The notes under the pieces: generated by a model
Seen by the model: only the letters and a program-made list of their open reading frames with translations
Told to the model about the DNA's origin: nothing
Databases searched by the model: none
Shown here: one piece after another, positions 12,340 through 26,079 of the stretch
Position numbering within the stretch: position 1 is the stretch's first letter
Layout: each line of letters begins with the position of its first letter
Position numbers and translations under genes: made by a program
NCBI GenBank assembly: GCA_013239625.1
Contig: MU054323.1
Span: 15,628,029 to 15,692,028, forward strand
Direction: 5' to 3'
Length of the DNA: 64,000 nt
Origin: Lama guanicoe
Lineage: Eukaryota

Positions 12340-15300
12340 GGATCGTAGACCAAAATGTAAAAGCTGAAACAGTAAAGCATTTGGGAGACAGCATAAGAAA
12401 ATGTCTTGGTGACTTGAGGGTAGTCAAAAGCTTCTTAGGTCACTGGAAGCAATAATTATAAATTTTTAAAATAATCAGATCAAATGTCATCAAACTAAAA
12501 ATGTCTGCTTATGGAAAGATACTGTTATGAAAATGAATAAGCAAGCCACAGACTAGAAGAGAATATTCTTAAAATGTATATCTGGCAAATAACTGGTACC
12601 CAGTATCTGAGAACAAATAAACAAACCTACAACTCAATATAAAAAAGATAAACAGCCTAATTTTAAAACAGGCAAAAAATTTCAATACACACTTTATAAA
12701 ATAAAATATGCAAATGGAAATAAGGAAATGAAGTGTGCTCAACATTATTAGTCATCAGGGAAATGAGAATTAAAACCATAAAGATACTACTACACATCCA
12801 CTAAAATGGATAAAATTTTAAAAGATTGACAACATAAACGTTGGTGGGGAATGTGGAGAAACCAGCACTCATACATTGTAGGTGTGAATATAAAATGGTG
12901 CAACCAGTTGGGAAATGATCTCAAAGTCTCTAATAAACTAAACATACACCTACATGTAAACATACACAAATACACCAGAAACTGCTGCAACATTGTTAAC
13001 TGACTATACTTCAATTAAAAAAAAATAATACACTAATGCCATACACTAGGACCCATAATTCTACTCATAGGTATTGACCAAAGAGAAATTTTTAAAAAGC
13101 TCATAGGAACACTTGTACAAAAATGTTCATAGAATAGCCCCATAATAGCCCCAAACTGGAAACGAAGTGTGTCTTAATAAGAGAATATACAACAAACTGC
13201 AGATGTTCTCACAATGCAGTAGCACTGAGCAATATAAAGGACTAAATCACTGATACAAGCAACCACATGGGCGAACCTCAAAAACATTATAATTGTCTTT
13301 GTGTCTGAGTGAAATAAGTATCTGAGTAAAAGAAACTGTTACCCAATGAGTTCATCTATTTGATTCTATTTCTGTGAAGTTTTTAAACTGATGAAACTAA
13401 TTCATGGTGGAAAAAAAATCAGAAGTTTGCCTCTGGGAGGTGAGTGGGGATTGATGAGGAAGAAGTAAAGGGAACTTTTTGGGAGTGATGGTAATCTTTT
13501 ATATCTTCTTGGGGGTCGGGCTACACAGTGCTCGCAATTTTCAAAACAAGCAAAAGTATGCCGAAGATTTAGGTTCCTTAGATGGCCAACAGGCATATGA
13601 AAAGATGCTCAGCATGGCTAATCATCAGGGAAATGCAAATCAAAACCCCAATGAGATGTCACCTCACACCTGTCAGAATGGCTATCGCCAAGAAGAACAC
13701 AAATAACAACTGTTGGCGAGGATGTGGAGAAAAGAGAATCCTTGTGCACTGTTGGTGGGAATGTAAATTGGTGCAGCCACTGCGGAAAACAGCATGGAGC
13801 TTTCTCAAAAAACTAAAATTAGAACGACCATATGCCCTGCATTTCCATTCCTGGGTATACAACCTAAAAAAGAAACAAAAACACTAATTCAAAAAGATAC
13901 CTGCACCCCAACGTTTATAGCAGCATTATTTACAATTGCCAATATATGGAAGCAACTTAAGTGTCCATCTGTAAATGGATAAAGATGTGGTGTGCACATA
14001 CACATACATATGCATACACACAATGGAATACTCCTCAGCCATAAAACAGAATGAAAATTTGCCACTTGAAGCAACATGGATGGACTTTTGAAGAGCATTA
14101 TGCTAAGTGAAGTAAGTCAGAGAAAGACAAATACTGTATATCACTTATATGTGGAATCTAAAAGGTACAACAAACTAGTGAACGTAAAAAAGAAGTGGAC
14201 TCACAGAGAACAAACTAGTAATTACCAGTGGGAAGAGGAAAAGGGGGAAGGGGTAATATGGGGGTAGGAGATTAAGAGGCACAAACTATCAGGTATAAAA
14301 TAAGCCACAAGGATACATTGTACAACATGGGGAATATAGCCAATAGTTTATAATAAATGTAACTGGAGCATAGCCTTTAGAAATTCTCTCGTTAGTGACA
14401 TCTCATTAGTGATATTTATGCTGAGGGACTTGAGGAAATGTACTAATGTCTGCAGTTTGCTCTGAGGAGCATCAAAAAATGAGATGGACTGACAGATGGC
14501 TAGATGGCCACATACTGATAAAGCAAATACAGGAACATATTTATATTAATTATAGCATCTGAGTAGTGGATATATGGGTGTTCACTGCAAAAATCTTTCA
14601 ACTTCACTGTAAATTAGGAAATGTTCATAATAAAATGTTGGAGGGAAAAAGGAAGGAGAGAATAGGGTAGGAATAGGGCAAGTAGAAAAACATTAATTGT
14701 GTCATGAGCAGTAGGAGGTCATAGGATATCATTTATTGCTGACAAACGGAATTGTAGATGCCTAAGAGTACAAAGATAAACACTAAGAAAGATAATATTA
14801 TTGACTGAATTTGGAAAGTGAACAAGAGATGAGAGGATGTCAGCTAATTTTACTTTGCTCAGAGCATGAAACCAGTACACATTAACTAAGGAGAGGGGGG
14901 TTGCTAGTATTTATAGTATGTAAACATGAAAGATAAATTGGGAGTTGGAGATTTGCAGATTATAACTACTCTGTATAAAATAGATAAACAAGTTTCTACT
15001 GTATAGCATGGGGAACTATATCTTGTAGTAACCTATAATGGAAAAGAATATAAAAACAAATATATGTATGTATATGTATGACTGAAACATTATGCTGTAC
15101 ACCAGAAGTTGACACAACATTGTAAACTGACTATACTTTAATTAAAAAAAAAACCTAAAAACACTAAAAATGAAAGAAATGAGATCAAACACAGAGGTTT
15201 TATCAATAAAGCTTAACTAACCTAGGATAAAAGCCGAATTCAACTCTATGCTCTATACCAGAGACTTGCCTAAAACATATGTGATTCAGAAAGGTTAAAA

Positions 15301-15760
15301 ATAAAAGGTTATGCAAAGTTGTGCCAGTCAAAAGCAAAGACAAAGAAGGCAGGAATCAAGCTTGTGATATCAGACAAGGTAGAATTCAAGACAAAGAAGA
15401 TACTATAGAACTGTGCTGTCCAACTCAGTAGCCGCAAGCAACACATAGCTACTAAGCATTTGAAATGCGGGTAACGTGATCAAGGAATTGAATCTTTAAT
15501 TTTATTTCATTAATTAACTTGTATAGTGCAGAAACCAGTTCTACCATTCCAGAAAGTTCTATTGGATAGTGCTGCTTTATAATGTTACAGACTCCAAATT
15601 ACAGTGAAGATGTGACAGTTGTAAATATCTACGTAGCCAATAACATAGCATCTACTTTCAGAGAGCAGAAATCATGGGAAGATGCAAACCCACTATAATA
15701 AAAGACTTTAAAATCAAATTTCTCCATCCAAGACTAAACAAGTGAAAATACCCAGAGCTT
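12340..15760 (+). mobile_element. Cluster of L1 fragments (old L1MC/ME plus younger L1 3' ends at ~13580-14380 and ~14930-15160) and a MER3/MER33-like MITE at ~15405-15580
   Basis: ORF 13582-13887 ([10 protein letters not shown]...[14 protein letters not shown]) is the L1 ORF2 C-terminus; A-rich tails. Confidence 0.85.
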
Positions 15761-16039
15761 AAGTATTGAAATTGAAATACACACGTAGGAAGGCTTAATG
15801 AGTGGATCATTCTTTTAAAAAGTTCTCAGAATGTCCCTAAATACTCTCCTCTCCCAGCACAAGGTTTTCATTTTGCAGCCCATGAAAATACTTAGTGATT
15901 TGATTACTCAATACATTTTCAGTGTTTCTAATGAATGTGCTTGGCTATAAAAGGAATTATGGGCACATACCTAACTACCCTAAAAACACAATTGCACCAT
16001 AAGTGTACTAGCCTTCAGAGTTGTGGTGTGAATACAATT

Positions 16040-16297
16040 AGTGGGAATTTTTGAAGTGTTCTGAATTTTTAGGAAGAAAGTCATTGCATAAGCATTTCTG
16101 TTTTGGCCTTCTAACTGAGTACACGGGTCCCCAAGGAAAAACCATCTTTGTCCTGCTTCAACTATTCACCCCAATTAAATCCTTCAACACCCCGGTCTGT
16201 TTGAGGAACAATGCTCCTGACTCAGCTGACATTTCCTCTGATAATAAGCTATCTGCAAAACATTTGACTTCCTGTCTTAAGCCTCCAGCCTGGAGAC
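16040..16297 (-). pseudogene. Possible exon remnant (LQAGGLRQEVKCFADSLLSEEMSAESGALFLKQTGVLKDLIGVNS*SRTKMVFPWG...)
   Basis: Acceptor ttattttacag; long frame with one TGA; donor uncertain. Confidence 0.45.
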
Positions 16298-16777
16298 CTG
16301 TAAAATAATCTAAACTTCTTGCACTTTAGTGGAGGCCAGGCAGAAGAAGGGAAAGTCAAATTAGCCTTGTCTTAAAAGACCCAGCAATGGCCCACCCACC
16401 TCAGCTTCCCAACAAGTGTAGGGCAGAATGGTTCACCTGGGGAAACAGGTATAGAACTAGATGGAACATCACCAAAGCCACAAAACCCACCTCTGCTTCC
16501 TCCACTGATAATGACCGCATCCCTCACAAATACCACCCCAACACTCTAAGGCCACAGAACAGTTTTCTTTAATCAATAGGTGTTATGGTAACACAGGACT
16601 GTCCACACCTATTTCGACTGCCTTTAAGGCTGCATGGGGTCGAGGAGTCCTTATAGGAGAAGGCTTCTCCCATCCTTATAATTATCTTTTCTAGGGATCA
16701 TAAATTAAGGTCTTTATTTTTAAAGGTTTGACAAGAAGGGGTTTTATTTGGTCTGCCAGTGTGGTATCGCAGGTTAC

Positions 16778-17691
16778 CTGTGTAGCAGCAAACAGAGTCT
16801 GGCCACCAGAAGACCTGGTCAAGTATGTGCATGCAGCAGCGTGTGTTGCAGATGCTGCTTGTTTCTCATTCAATTACTTAATCATAACCTTCCCTTTGAT
16901 CCCCCGTATCTTATTGTTGACCACATGACAGCATAAAGACAGGAACAACTAGGGCTGAAGCAGAGGGCACTGGAAAAGTCCCCATGCCTGGAAGTGCTTG
17001 CTCATCTTGAAGACCCATTGGATGGCTCGTCCATCTTTCTCCCCAGACACAGCATCTTGCATTAGTCATCTGTGTGCGACCAGTGGGGATAACCCCGGCC
17101 TGCAGATGGTCAGTTTTCAGGTCTTGACCAGCCCCGTTCAGCTGTAGTTGATGGTGATGAATTTGCTCTTGCTGGATGAGAAATGAAAACGCAATACCCA
17201 CTCCGAGGTGCTTCATCCTGAATAATGTGTTCGCCAACATCCAGGGAACCTTACAACTTGAGCACCTTCCTGTGGCATATATCAGAGGAGAAGATCACAT
17301 TCAGCCTGTCTTTGGCACGACTCCTAAAGTGGTGTGAAAATCAGACGCGGGGGGGGGGTGGTGGTGTAGGGAGCCTGACAGGGCAAATATACCATCTGGG
17401 AAGGTGACCGCCTCAGTTAAGTCAGCATGAACCCACAGGCCCCACCGGAGAATCCCATAAAATCCTATAGATGACATCGGGGAATCAGGAGATATAGTTC
17501 TGTATGAGGCAATCTTTGTGGAAGGTTTTCTGTTCAAACACATAAGTTGTTGACTGCTTCACCAGTCATCAAAGAAATGAAGCAGAAGTCCAAAGATATT
17601 TAGCTGTCCAACTCTTTGTGACAGCAGTGATGGAGTAGTCTGTTTATGCTGGGGAGGTAAGCTTCAAATGAACACCAAGGGCAACTTCAGC
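16778..17691 (-). pseudogene. Long coding-like remnant, one large exon or several (AEVALGVHLKL...KTFHKDCLIQNYIS*FPDVIYRILWD...SKSKFITINYS*TGLVKT*KLTICRPG...AIQWVFKMSKHFQAWGLF)
   Basis: Acceptor tttccttcag in phase with the 17798 donor; C/G-ending codon bias around 17200-16960; donor CAG|gtaacc at 16778; many stops and frameshifts. Confidence 0.6.
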
Positions 17692-17797
17692 CTGAAGGAA
17701 ACCTCATGCACCCAGGCTGCAGGGCAAGCTAGCCTAGGTAACAGCAGGCTGGATGAACCCACTGGAGAGAGGCCCTGTTTGGATTCACTGTACTTAC

Positions 17798-17915
17798 GTA
17801 TATGAGCATTTGGGTCTATTCTTTCTCCCAGAGGGGCTGCATCACTGAATTCACTAGTGAAGCATCGACAGAGTTCTCACAATATACAGGGTTTGGAGGA
17901 TTCCTTTTTACACTT
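17798..17915 (-). pseudogene. Exon remnant (SVKRNPPNPVYCENSVDASLVNSVMQPLWEKE*TQMLIY)
   Basis: Acceptor ctttttgtatttcag, donor TAC|gtaagt; 118 nt, phase 2>0, one TAG. Confidence 0.75.
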
Positions 17916-19109
17916 CTGAAATACAAAAAGTCTAATCTTCTAGAGTCTTACCTTCTTGCCTGTCAGTCTTGGGTGGAGCAAAGAATATGTTTAGCTGGTT
18001 GTGTCCTGCTAACAAAGGCAGGCTCCTTTGACCCAAGATTGCAGGGCATGGAACTGGCCAATACACAGTAGACGTCTCAAAATCAGAGCCTAGACACATG
18101 GCCCAAATGCACCTGCCAATCCGAGTGACTAGATAGAGAAGAATTTTTTTTGTTCATTCATGTAAGACATATTCATTGATGGTCAAATAAATGCCAGGCA
18201 CTTGTTAAAGAGGTTAGGGATTTGTCTTTGAACAACAATTCTCCTCCTTTGGTTGTCTTACATTTGGTAGGGAGATCATGACAAAGGAATACAGAAGTGG
18301 GCCATAGCAGCGAGCTGGAAGGTGTCCCAGAATCAGGGGCAGATACTGTAGCAGGTTAACATACCAGCTTGCATGGGCACAGGGGGTGTGTTTATGGAGC
18401 CGGAGGCCGGGCAATGAAGCCAGTCAGTCAACCTAGGGCTTCCCTTCATTCCAATTTTTTTCCATTTGTAAAACTGAGATCATGATATCTGTTTTCAGAT
18501 GCTTTGAATTCCAGGTGTGAAAAATGATCCCTGATGTGAATGCAAAGTTATTCTCACCCCAGCATGAATGTGCTCTGGGCTTTTTGATCTTGTCACAGTT
18601 TGAAAGCTGCGTACTCCAGCAGAATGGCCCCCTGGGCTCTAATCAGGGCACCAAAGTTCCAGTCCAGCTCTGCCATCAGGAGATGTAACCTCAGGCAAGG
18701 TGCTTAATCTCTTGGAACCCTGCCCAGGCTCTTTATCTGTAGAATGATTGTGTTGGGCCAGGTGATTCGTAAACTCAAGATTTTTCTGATCTCCAATATA
18801 CTTTAAAGAAATGTAGTCTCCTAAAAAACGGTCTTAGCAGCACAAACGCTGCTCATGGCTAGGGAAATTCCCCTGTTGTGGCTTATGCCCTAAACTAATT
18901 TTTGCTGTTTCATTGACTAAAGTTATATTTTCCTACTTTTTGCTTCTTTCCCAAGATTAAATTTGCGAAGTTTCAAGATCTTTTCCAATATTTTTGCCAT
19001 CATCTTTAGCTTCTTGATTGCTTTTATGAGTGTCTTCCTTTTTTTCTTACTTCAAATAAATGTTCTTGTTGTTATTACTTACTCCATACGGCCCCAGCAT
19101 ATTAGTAAT

Positions 19110-19460
19110 AACTAGTAGCTAACATTTATCAAGTATTTATTACAAGCCAGGCACAAAACATCTCATGCGATCATCACAGCAACACTAAGGGATATGCCAT
19201 TATCATTTCTATTTTATAAAAACAGGAGAAAAGATGCATTGAGGCAGTAAGAGGTTTCTGAGAGATACACAGCCAGTGAGAGCCCAGCTGGGATTGTCTG
19301 ATTCTGGAGTTCAAACTCTAGACCTCTGCTCCAAATGGACTCAATTGGTATTTAAGAGAGGTGGGGCAGAGAGAAAGAGGAAAGAGAGAAAGAAAGAAGG
19401 AAGAGAGAAAGAAAGAAAAAGAGGAAAGAGAGGAAGAAAGAGAAAAAGAAAAAGAAATTC
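19110..19460. repeat. MIR followed by a purine-rich (GA/GAAA) tract
   Basis: MIR core motifs; AG-rich run 19372-19457. Confidence 0.7.
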
Positions 19461-19973
19461 AGGGAAAGTCATTAAAAATGCTTACACTATTTTTCATTCT
19501 AAATAAAATAGTTTTATTTAGTCATATGGAAAGTGTATAATTATAATTTTGATTATCTGCTGTGATGAAAACTAGACTATCCATGAGAAAAATGAGACTT
19601 CTTATTTTAGCTGTGACACTGCTGTTATCTGGGTCTATTTAGGAAGCAGCAAAATGGAGGCAGCATTCCAATCTTTGACTCTGAAATTAGATCCTGGGCC
19701 CTACGGCAAGGGCAGGGCAGGCAGTGTGTGGCCCAAGGTCAAAGACTGCCCAAGACCAACCCAAAAGCTCCTGCCCCCAAAGAGGTAAAAAATAACTCAC
19801 AAATTCCTTAACAGTAAATAGAAGCTCTTCCGAGCATCAGAATAACCCATTCTATTTTCAAAGAAGGTCAACTCAGGAAGCTGGGGTTAGAACAACAAAG
19901 GGCCAGTAATATCCTCGGCTGGTAAGCCTGCCCTTCAACAACAATTGCGTGCCTCCAATGCCCTCTGGCTTAC

Positions 19974-20174
19974 CTATGCTCATGACCATCTGGGGGAAGG
20001 TATGATATCTTGCTAAAGCCTCAGCTTTGCTCCTAAAGCTCTGGTGCCCAGGGCAGAGCTGCAGGCAGCGGTTCCCGCCCATGGAGGCAGCACTGTGTTC
20101 GGAGGGGCAGGGCCTTTAGAACCAGCACAGCTGTTGTCAAGAGGTCCTTCCACTCCATCACGTCTACTGACAAC
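19974..20174 (-). pseudogene. Exon remnant (LSVDVMEWKDLLTTAVLVLKALPLRTQCCLH...)
   Basis: Acceptor ctcgttgcag, donor TAG|gtaagc; 201 nt, phase 2>2, two stops. Confidence 0.7.
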
Positions 20175-20369
20175 CTGCAACGAGCTAGGTCACGGACTTA
20201 CTGCTTCACTGCAGTTCTTTGTGAGTCACTGTAACTTCAGGGTTTTTTGTTTCAGACAAAGATCAGAAATACAAAAATAGATGCATTTAACCAGAGCTAG
20301 AGGATAAGTGTCTCGTACTTATAAGTTCTTATTCTCTCTAGACCAGCAATCACTCCTCACTGCCTTTTA

Positions 20370-21322
20370 AAAATTACTTATATAATTTTATTCAATTTCA
20401 AGGATTTTATTTTCTCTCAAACCATTCATGTTGGTAACAAGGGAGCAGAGAAGCCTATGTGAGTGAATACATTTATGTTCTACAGAAACATACAAAACAT
20501 GTAAATCTAATAGAGTCCAGTCTGCATTTTATTTCCTTGAGACAGGTTTGCCTGAAACCAGAGAGGAATATTTTTCAATCAAAACTACAAGGTGTTTGTT
20601 TTTTTTAAAAAATAACATCTATCTTTTTTGTTTACCATCTTAACCATTTCTAAATGTACAGTGCAGAAGTATTAACCATATGCACATTGTTATGCACCAG
20701 GGAGCTAGAACTTTTTCATATGCAAAACCAGAAACTCTGTAATACTGTTGTCCATTGAACAACAACTTGTCTTCCCCCACCCCCACCTCCCCAGCCTCTG
20801 GCAACCATCTTTCTACTTTCTGTCTCTGTGATTTTGACTGTTCTAAGTACTTCGAGTGAAGTGGAATCTGCTTTGTATTTTTGTGACTGGCTTATCTCAC
20901 TTGGCATGATGTCCTCCAGGTGCATCCAGTTGTAGCATTTGATAGGATTTCCTTCTTTTTATGGCTGAATAATATTCCACCATATGTATATACTGCATTT
21001 TCTTGATTCATTCATCTGTCCATGAACATTTTGGTTGCTTCTACCTCTTGGCTATTATGAATAATGTGGCAATGAACAGTAATCCTGTTTTCAATTCTTT
21101 GGAGTATTTACCCAGAAGTGGAATTGCTGGATTATATAGTAGTTCTATTTTTAATTTGTTGAGGAAACTCCATACTGTTTTCCATAGCAGTGACACCATT
21201 TTACATTCCCACCAACAGTACACAAAGGTTCCAATTTTTCCACATCCTTGCCAACACATGTCATTTTCTGGGTTTTTTGATTGTGGCCATATTCAGGGTG
21301 TGAGGTAATATCTCATTGTGAT
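20370..21322 (-). mobile_element. 5'-truncated L1MB-type element with 16-bp target-site duplication
   Basis: ORF 21041-21259 (CWWECKMVSLLWKTVW) is L1 ORF2; TCCTCACTGCCTTTTA at 20354-20369 and 21323-21338. Confidence 0.85.
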
Positions 21323-21499
21323 TCCTCACTGCCTTTTATAAAAGGAAAATAATATCCAAGCAAACAATTCCAAGTAGTTCAGTTAAATATTCTATCAAAT
21401 TCCTTATATACAATCACCAAGTACTATTTTCTCTCTGGAACTAATTTGTTCTTTGTTCAGTATTAAAAAGCACTGCTTGGTGCAAAAAGTAGTCAGCAT

Positions 21500-22035
21500 G
21501 CAGACCCTCTGACTTAGCATTCCACTCCTAGGTACAGAGTCAACATAAGTGAGTATGCATGTCTATCAGACATGTCTGAGAAGGTTCATAGCAGCTTTAT
21601 TCATAATAGCCCAAAGCTGGAAGTGGCCAAAGTCCATCGACAGCACAATGGATAAATACACTCTGGTATATTGACATATTGCAGTAACAAAGAGCAGTGG
21701 AAAAAATGAACTTCGGCTATATGTGACAACTTGGATGAATATCACTTACATGATATTGAGTAAAAGAAATCAAATTCAGAAGAATACATACTATATGATT
21801 TCATCTGGATGAAGTGCAAAAAAAGGCAAAACCATGGAGCTAGGAGGCAGAATATCATTTCCATTGGTGGCGTACTAACCAGCAGAGTACACAGGGGTTA
21901 TTTGGGATTTTGTAAATATATCTTAATTTGGGTAGTAGTTAGAGTATCTACATATTTGAAAATTCAGCATGTTGTATGGTTTATTTAACTCTGTAAACGT
22001 TCCTTTATATAAGCTATAACTATCAAAAAAAAAAA
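21500..22035 (+). mobile_element. L1ME-type 3' end
   Basis: gcagctttattcataatagcccaaagctggaa...aatggataaa; A-tail. Confidence 0.7.
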
Positions 22036-22889
22036 AGAAGAAATATTAACCTTAGCAAGAGGACCTATCTGCAGGGATAAGACACCCCCAAATCTATGAT
22101 TTTTTTAAGAAAAGTTACTACCCCAAAATCAACTAGTAAATGAGTTGAGGGAATGTTGGAAAGGAATAAAAGATGCCAAACTTAGCACTGAAGTGAACTT
22201 CAAAAAAATAGCAGAGAGATGGAAGGCAGAGGCAAAATAAAACACTTCATTCATTCTGCACCTAAGCCACTCCCTGGCAGTAAATTAGAAAAAATAAATT
22301 AACTTAGAGGTATTCAAAGTCCTCTAATTTATGACAGTGTCCTCAGCACTTGAATGTGTTCATTTTTAAATGCTAAAATCCATCACTCAGTCGTCATTCA
22401 CAACAATTAACTGAGAATCCACAGTGAGCTTAGCTTTGTTTATATGCAGTTGTTGCCTTGCATTGTTAGGCGTAGAGTTACATTTGTTTGTGTTCATTCC
22501 TTATTGCAACAAAGCAACCCAATGATGTCAATGGAGGGTTGAAAATCAAGCCATTGCTCAAAGATTAGTGTTCTACATATAACTCAGCTCTAAATAGAGT
22601 TCCATCAACTCTTCAGTATTAAAGGAAGCACTGCCTCATGAAGTCATGCTAATTTATAGCCACGACTCTTTATTAGTAATAATAACATGGCAATGTCTAG
22701 ATTCTGAGATATAAAAGTAAGCCATATAATAAATCCTGGTTTAATTAGTCTGTGTTTCCCACTGAAAGAGCTCTTGGCTAGGAACACCTATTCCGGGACA
22801 GACAATTGGGTGGTACTGGATCCCTCCAGGATTAGACCATATATATAACTCAAGACAAACCTACTCCTTGTGTGCTGAGTCACAGGAAA

Positions 22890-25370
22890 ACAGTCCCATT
22901 TCCTACCACCACCCAGTGCAACCACTGTCATCTCTCACCTGAACAATTATAACAGCATCCCACCCGGTGTCCCTGCTTCCACACGCAACTAGAGTGGTCC
23001 TTTTAAAACTAAGTCAGAACAAAACCCTTCTTTGCTTAGAACCCTCCAAAGGCTTCCTTCCCATTCCACTCAGAATAAAATCCAAAGTCCTTACAATGAA
23101 TTACAAGGTCTTACACTATCTGGCTTCTTCAGCCCTCTGACCTTCTTTATAATGCACCCCCCAGCCCTTGTAATGTCTACACTCCGGCCAGCTGGCCCCT
23201 TCCAGATCGTGAAAACCCCCGACTAGAAGCCTCTGCATTTGTCCCCTAGATACCTGCAGAGCTCTCTCTCTGGTTGTTCTTGGCTTAGTTCAGCTCTCAC
23301 CTCATTTCAGAGATTCCTGACCACTCTAATGTCACCCCTTCAAACAATACCTATTTCTTCTTCCTCTCAGCTTTATCTTTCTTCGTTGCATTTGTCAGCA
23401 CCCTACACGTTTTAAATGTAGGTGCTTGTTTTTTTTAATTATCCCTGTCTCTCCTCTAGAATGTTAGCTCCCCCTACTGGAGAGTAGGGACTTTGTTCAT
23501 TGTTGCATTCCCAGAATCTAGTACAGAGCCTGATATATGATAGGTGTTCAGTAAATACTTGATGATCAATCATGTCATTAATGATTTGATGTATATTCAG
23601 AGAGAATGCAATCTGTAGGCATTTTTAAGTGAGGAATTAGAAAATCATTTCTAAGCTATATATTGTGTGAGTTATTAGGGTATCAACAGCATTCTTCTAA
23701 CAAAGGTATGTGTAGACAGGTTGTTTATAACATTTTAAAAGGCACTGATATGTATGACAAACTGCACCTTTCATCCTGATGACATGATATAAATAGAGCA
23801 TAAAGCTTTATGATATTGACTATATCATAATTTTCAGCCATCAGACTCACTGTCTAGCAGCAACCATATCTACATCAGGGTTACAGAGAGCAAGATGTTC
23901 CTTGCAGATACTTGATGTATACCAACTATTGCAGGAAAACTGTAACTTCCACTCACGTTTTCTTTATAAAATGTTATGGTTTTATAATTCAAATTTAAAA
24001 CTTTGATCAACCTTAGATTTATTTTTGCATAGGAAGATAGAGTTAGTGCTATTTTTTGTCATTGTTCTAAAGAGCTATCCTGTTGCCCAAATATTATTTC
24101 AATAACCCCCGCTGATCTGAAAATCTACCTTTGTTATTTATGTCTGTGTTCCTTCTTTCACTCAACAAATATTGACTGAATGCCTACTGTGCCAGACACT
24201 GTGCTAGAATCTAGAAGGACAGTGATGAGCGAAGCACAGTCCCTGCCATACAGGGCAGCGTACAGTATGGTGAAAGGACAATAAGCAGCCAAACAAGTAA
24301 TTACAAATTGCAAAGTTCTTTGAAAGGAATAAATACAATGCAGAGAGAGAAGGATGAGGTGGAGGCTCAGGGCAGCTTCCTCTTGCAGACTACTTGAAGG
24401 ATGTCCCATTGAATTTAAGCTGGATGTCAAAGCATGAGACTGAGCCAAGCTCACAAAGAGCCAGGGGACAAGCACACTATGTGGAAGGAGCCGTGCATGC
24501 AAGGGCTCCAAGGGAAAAACAAGTTGGCTCCTTGGAGGGAAAAAAAAAAAGTGACCAGTGCTGGGACACGCTGAGCGTGGACAGACATCTATGAGATTAG
24601 GTTAGCAGGACTAGTGGATCCAGTATTCAGGGCAGGAATATGGATTTAATTTCAGTTGTGTGGAAAACCATCAAAAACTCTTCACCTAGAGGTTTATATA
24701 ACTCTATTATGTTTTTAGGCGATAATTCTAGATATTTTGAGGAGAAAGACTAGAAGGAGGCTAACGATAGAAGAAGGGGGACTATAATAAATAAAATTGA
24801 GAAATTGTTGCAGTAAACTTGGGGAAATAAAACTTCAGTATACCTTGGAGTCTATTTCTGATCTCAGTTCTGTTCCATGGATCAGGTTATTTATTCCCAC
24901 ACCAGTAGCACATTGCAAATACTTTAACATAATACATTTTATAATATAAATTATGTTATATTATATTATAGATTATATTATATAAGTATAAATTATAGCT
25001 TCATAATATATTTATGGGAGCAAGTTTTCTCACCCCTCCCAACACAGAATTCCCTAAACATCCCAGCATATTTATTCTTCCATTTAATCTTTGAGATCAT
25101 ATTATCAAATGTCACAAATAATCATGATGGGATTTTTATCAGAATTGCATAAACTTGACAAATTAATTTAGGGAGAATGAACATCTTTGTAATATTAAGT
25201 CTTTCTGTCATCCAATAGCAAGGCATGTCTCTACATGTACTCCTTTTGTCTGATGCTCAGCAGTTATTTTTACAATAATTTTCTGTATGTTGGTCCTGTA
25301 CATTTCTTTTGAAGTTAATTTCCTGATAATTTTTGTTATTGCTGCTGTTGGGATCTTTCTTCTATTTCCT
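22890..25370. mobile_element. L2 and L1ME fragments (interleaved with a candidate exon at 23851-23925)
   Basis: L2 3' motifs (caacaaatattgactgaatgcctactgtgccag); antisense L1ME pieces. Confidence 0.6.
23851..23925 (-). pseudogene. Exon remnant, open (WYTSSICKEHLALCNPDVDMVAAR)
   Basis: Acceptor ttttcctgcaatag, donor ACA|gtgagt; 75 nt, phase 2>2. Confidence 0.55.
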
Positions 25371-26079
25371 AACGTAACCTTTTCCATATGTTCTCATATC
25401 TGTAGTGGGAAAGGGTAGAGACACTGGGGAGAATTGAGGCGATCAATGTATGTTCCCTGATCCTTCAGTCTCACACCTGGACTACAGTTTTTGAAATTAA
25501 AAATCAAGAATTTACAGTCTTTGTTATCTGGAACCACCATGACAGCCTCCCATGAAGCAAAGGGGAAAGGTGACAGGAGTAAAAAGTATAAGGAGAAAAA
25601 AATTAATCAATACTTCAAAAATATCATCCTATTACAATGTATGTAGATTATACATATTTATATGAAAACAGAATGTTACATGGGACTTTTTATGTGGCCT
25701 CGTATTCTGCTACCCCCACAAAGACAAGACTACGGGGAGGCACAAGGCATATTCTCAGGACTTACACACACACACCCCAAAATGGAAAAAAGAATCCTCT
25801 GAGGAATACAAATACACTTTTTTTAGGGATCAGTACTCCTGTTATTTTCTAAATATTTGCCAACGAACCGATTTTACTTTTATGATCAAGGAAAAAAAAT
25901 TCTTTGCAACCTGAGAGAATTTAATATAAATTAGAGAAAAGAGGGGGTAGATATTCTCAAAGAGTGTGTGGCTTGATCTAAAAACTGAAATATGACTATC
26001 AGATCCTCTGTAATTCCAAAGACTGGAGGACAGAAGTGAGGAAAGGAAGAGAAGAGGATAAAAGAGGGAGAAACAGAAA

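Noticed and set aside
13582..14267. ORFs with [11 protein letters not shown]
   Set aside because: Decayed L1 ORF2 C-terminus, not a host gene.
16911..17240. 109-aa ORF as a standalone gene or processed pseudogene
   Set aside because: Not the codon-biased frame; no poly(A) tail or duplication found; the in-phase upstream splice junction favours an exon of the fossil gene.
22480..22875. Two further weak exon candidates (~22648-22482 and ~22874-22763)
   Set aside because: Splice sites are plausible but frames are too disrupted to support by eye; left uncalled.
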